From contig NZ_JAQYWB010000026.1 of assembly GCF_030145185.1 (NCBI RefSeq), positions 7,454 through 71,453 of the forward strand: a stretch of 64,000 nt of DNA, written 5' to 3'. Position 1 is the first letter of the stretch. Every line of letters starts with the position of its first letter. Shown here piece by piece: positions 63,221-64,000 of the stretch. The notes beneath the pieces are model-generated. The model had not been told where the DNA came from, ran no database searches, and was given only the letters and a program-made list of their open reading frames with translations. A program made the position numbers and the translations under genes. Source of the stretch: Desulfoluna sp. Its GTDB lineage: Bacteria; Desulfobacterota; Desulfobacteria; Desulfobacterales; Desulfolunaceae.

Positions 63221-63348
63221 TCCGGAGGCGTCCTACTCTCCCGCGCAGCTGCCCGTGCAGTGCCATCAGCGCAAAAGAGCGGGCCTTATCTCATGACTTG
63301 GCCGTGTTCGGAATGGGAACGGGTGTGACCTCTTTGCAATCACCACCG
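63221..63348 (-). rRNA. rrf: 5S ribosomal RNA (copy adjacent to degenerate 23S fragment; possibly itself degenerate)
   Basis: The reverse complement reads ...CACCCGTTCCCATTCCGAACACGGCCAAGTCATGAG...GATGGCACTGCACGGG...GCGGGAGAGTAGGACGCCTCCGGA, matching 5S helices and loops. Confidence 0.75.
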
Positions 63349-63427
63349 AAAAACGGTATATGCGTTTTTCGGATCATTCAATCAGGATATGGATTCAATA
63401 AAGCGCTCAGCATCTGTGTAGTAAGAT

Positions 63428-63930
63428 TGTGGCTAAGCCTCACGACCAATGAGTACCGGTAAACTGAACACATTGCTGTGCTTACACATCCGGCCTATCA
63501 ACCTCGTAGTCTTCGAGGTGTCTTCAGTCCGGCACTCAATTTCATGCTCAAACATGTAGCATTGACAGAGACATTACACGTCTCCTTCAACATACTGCTT
63601 AAGCGCAAAATTGAGTACCGGAAGGGATATCTAATCTTGAAGGGGGTTTGCAGCGATGATGCTTTCAGCGGTTATCCTTTCCGAACCGTAGGATGGGCAA
63701 AGCGCGAAGCGTGCCCATCTTTTACTTCCTGAAAACGCGACAACAGGAACACCAGAGATTCGTCCATTCCGGTCCTCTCGTACGAGGAACAGATCTCCTC
63801 ACCCAGTTTTATTATCTGGCCTCCGCCCACGAAAGATAGGGACTAAACTGTCTCATGACCTTTCATAAATCAGGCAAACCCAGCTCACGGACCACTTTAA
63901 TTGGCGAGCCGTCACCGCTGTATTTCGTAC
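63428..63930 (-). pseudogene. degenerate fragment of the 23S rRNA 3' end (domain V/VI incl. sarcin-ricin loop), not a full 23S gene
   Basis: The reverse complement aligns to GGCT-CGCCAATTAAAGTGG...GAGCTGGGTTT...GTCATGAGACAGTT...AGTACGAGAGGACCGG...TGAAAGCATC...GTTGATAGGCCGG...GTGAGGCTTA. The universally conserved A-loop and GGGUUUAGAACGUCGUGAGACAG segments are altered, and several insertions are present. It begins immediately after a terminator and is only ~500 nt long. Confidence 0.55.
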
Positions 63931-63933
63931 ATA

Positions 63934-63974
63934 CAAAACAAAAAAGGCTCTTGATGATTAAATCATCAAGAGCC
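63934..63974 (-). terminator. rho-independent terminator downstream of the 5S copy that runs off the window
   Basis: On the minus strand, GGCTCTTGATGATTTAATCATCAAGAGCC followed by TTTTTTGTTTTG. Confidence 0.65.
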
Positions 63975-63986
63975 TTTATAAAAAAA

Positions 63987-64000
63987 TCCGGCGGCGTCCT
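63987..64000 (-). rRNA. rrf: 5S ribosomal RNA, 3'-terminal 14 nt only (gene continues beyond window)
   Basis: TCCGGCGGCGTCCT matches the 3' end of the 5S at 63221-63234 with one difference. Confidence 0.4.

Noticed and set aside
63428-63930. Calling this a complete functional 23S rRNA gene
   Set aside because: Only ~500 nt separates the two 5S genes. Conserved A-loop and helix-93 segments are altered. It begins right after a terminator.

Overview
This is a high-GC (~60%) chromosomal segment with a Desulfobacterota/deltaproteobacterial flavour: sigma-54 enhancer-binding proteins, a PfaD-like gene and a selenocysteine-recoded gene. I can support about 45 protein-coding genes. Most are housekeeping or metabolic: trpB, leuB, ettA, prfC, murA, comEC, mlaA, a class I fumarate hydratase, an ABC-2 exporter, and CaCA and CPA1 antiporters. 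The window also holds several accessory modules:
- a CoA-transferase + acyl-CoA dehydrogenase operon behind a sigma-54 promoter with its own PAS-containing activator;
- a low-GC ArsR + old-yellow-enzyme island with a shared palindromic operator;
- a pair of lipoproteins, one carrying a caspase (C14) domain;
- a TGA-recoded ArsC/Spx-family gene (probable selenoprotein) that the ORF track cannot see;
- a 1204-aa DUF3683-FAD-FeS protein translationally coupled to prfC;
- a 1093-aa HEAT-repeat protein with C-terminal cNMP-binding and PilZ domains;
- at the right edge, a 5S rRNA copy preceded by a degenerate 23S 3' fragment, downstream of a second 5S that runs off the window.
The most pervasive feature is one structured repeat family occupying almost every intergenic gap. 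There are three full 300-370 bp composite copies bounded by 12-bp terminal inverted repeats (GCCTCCGGCGGC ... GCCGCCGGAGGC), one short composite, and at least 15 solo 'left' or 'right' arms. These often abut stop codons, and in two cases they supply coding sequence. Coordinates read directly from the sequence lines may be off by 1-2 nt; CDS ends follow the ORF track.
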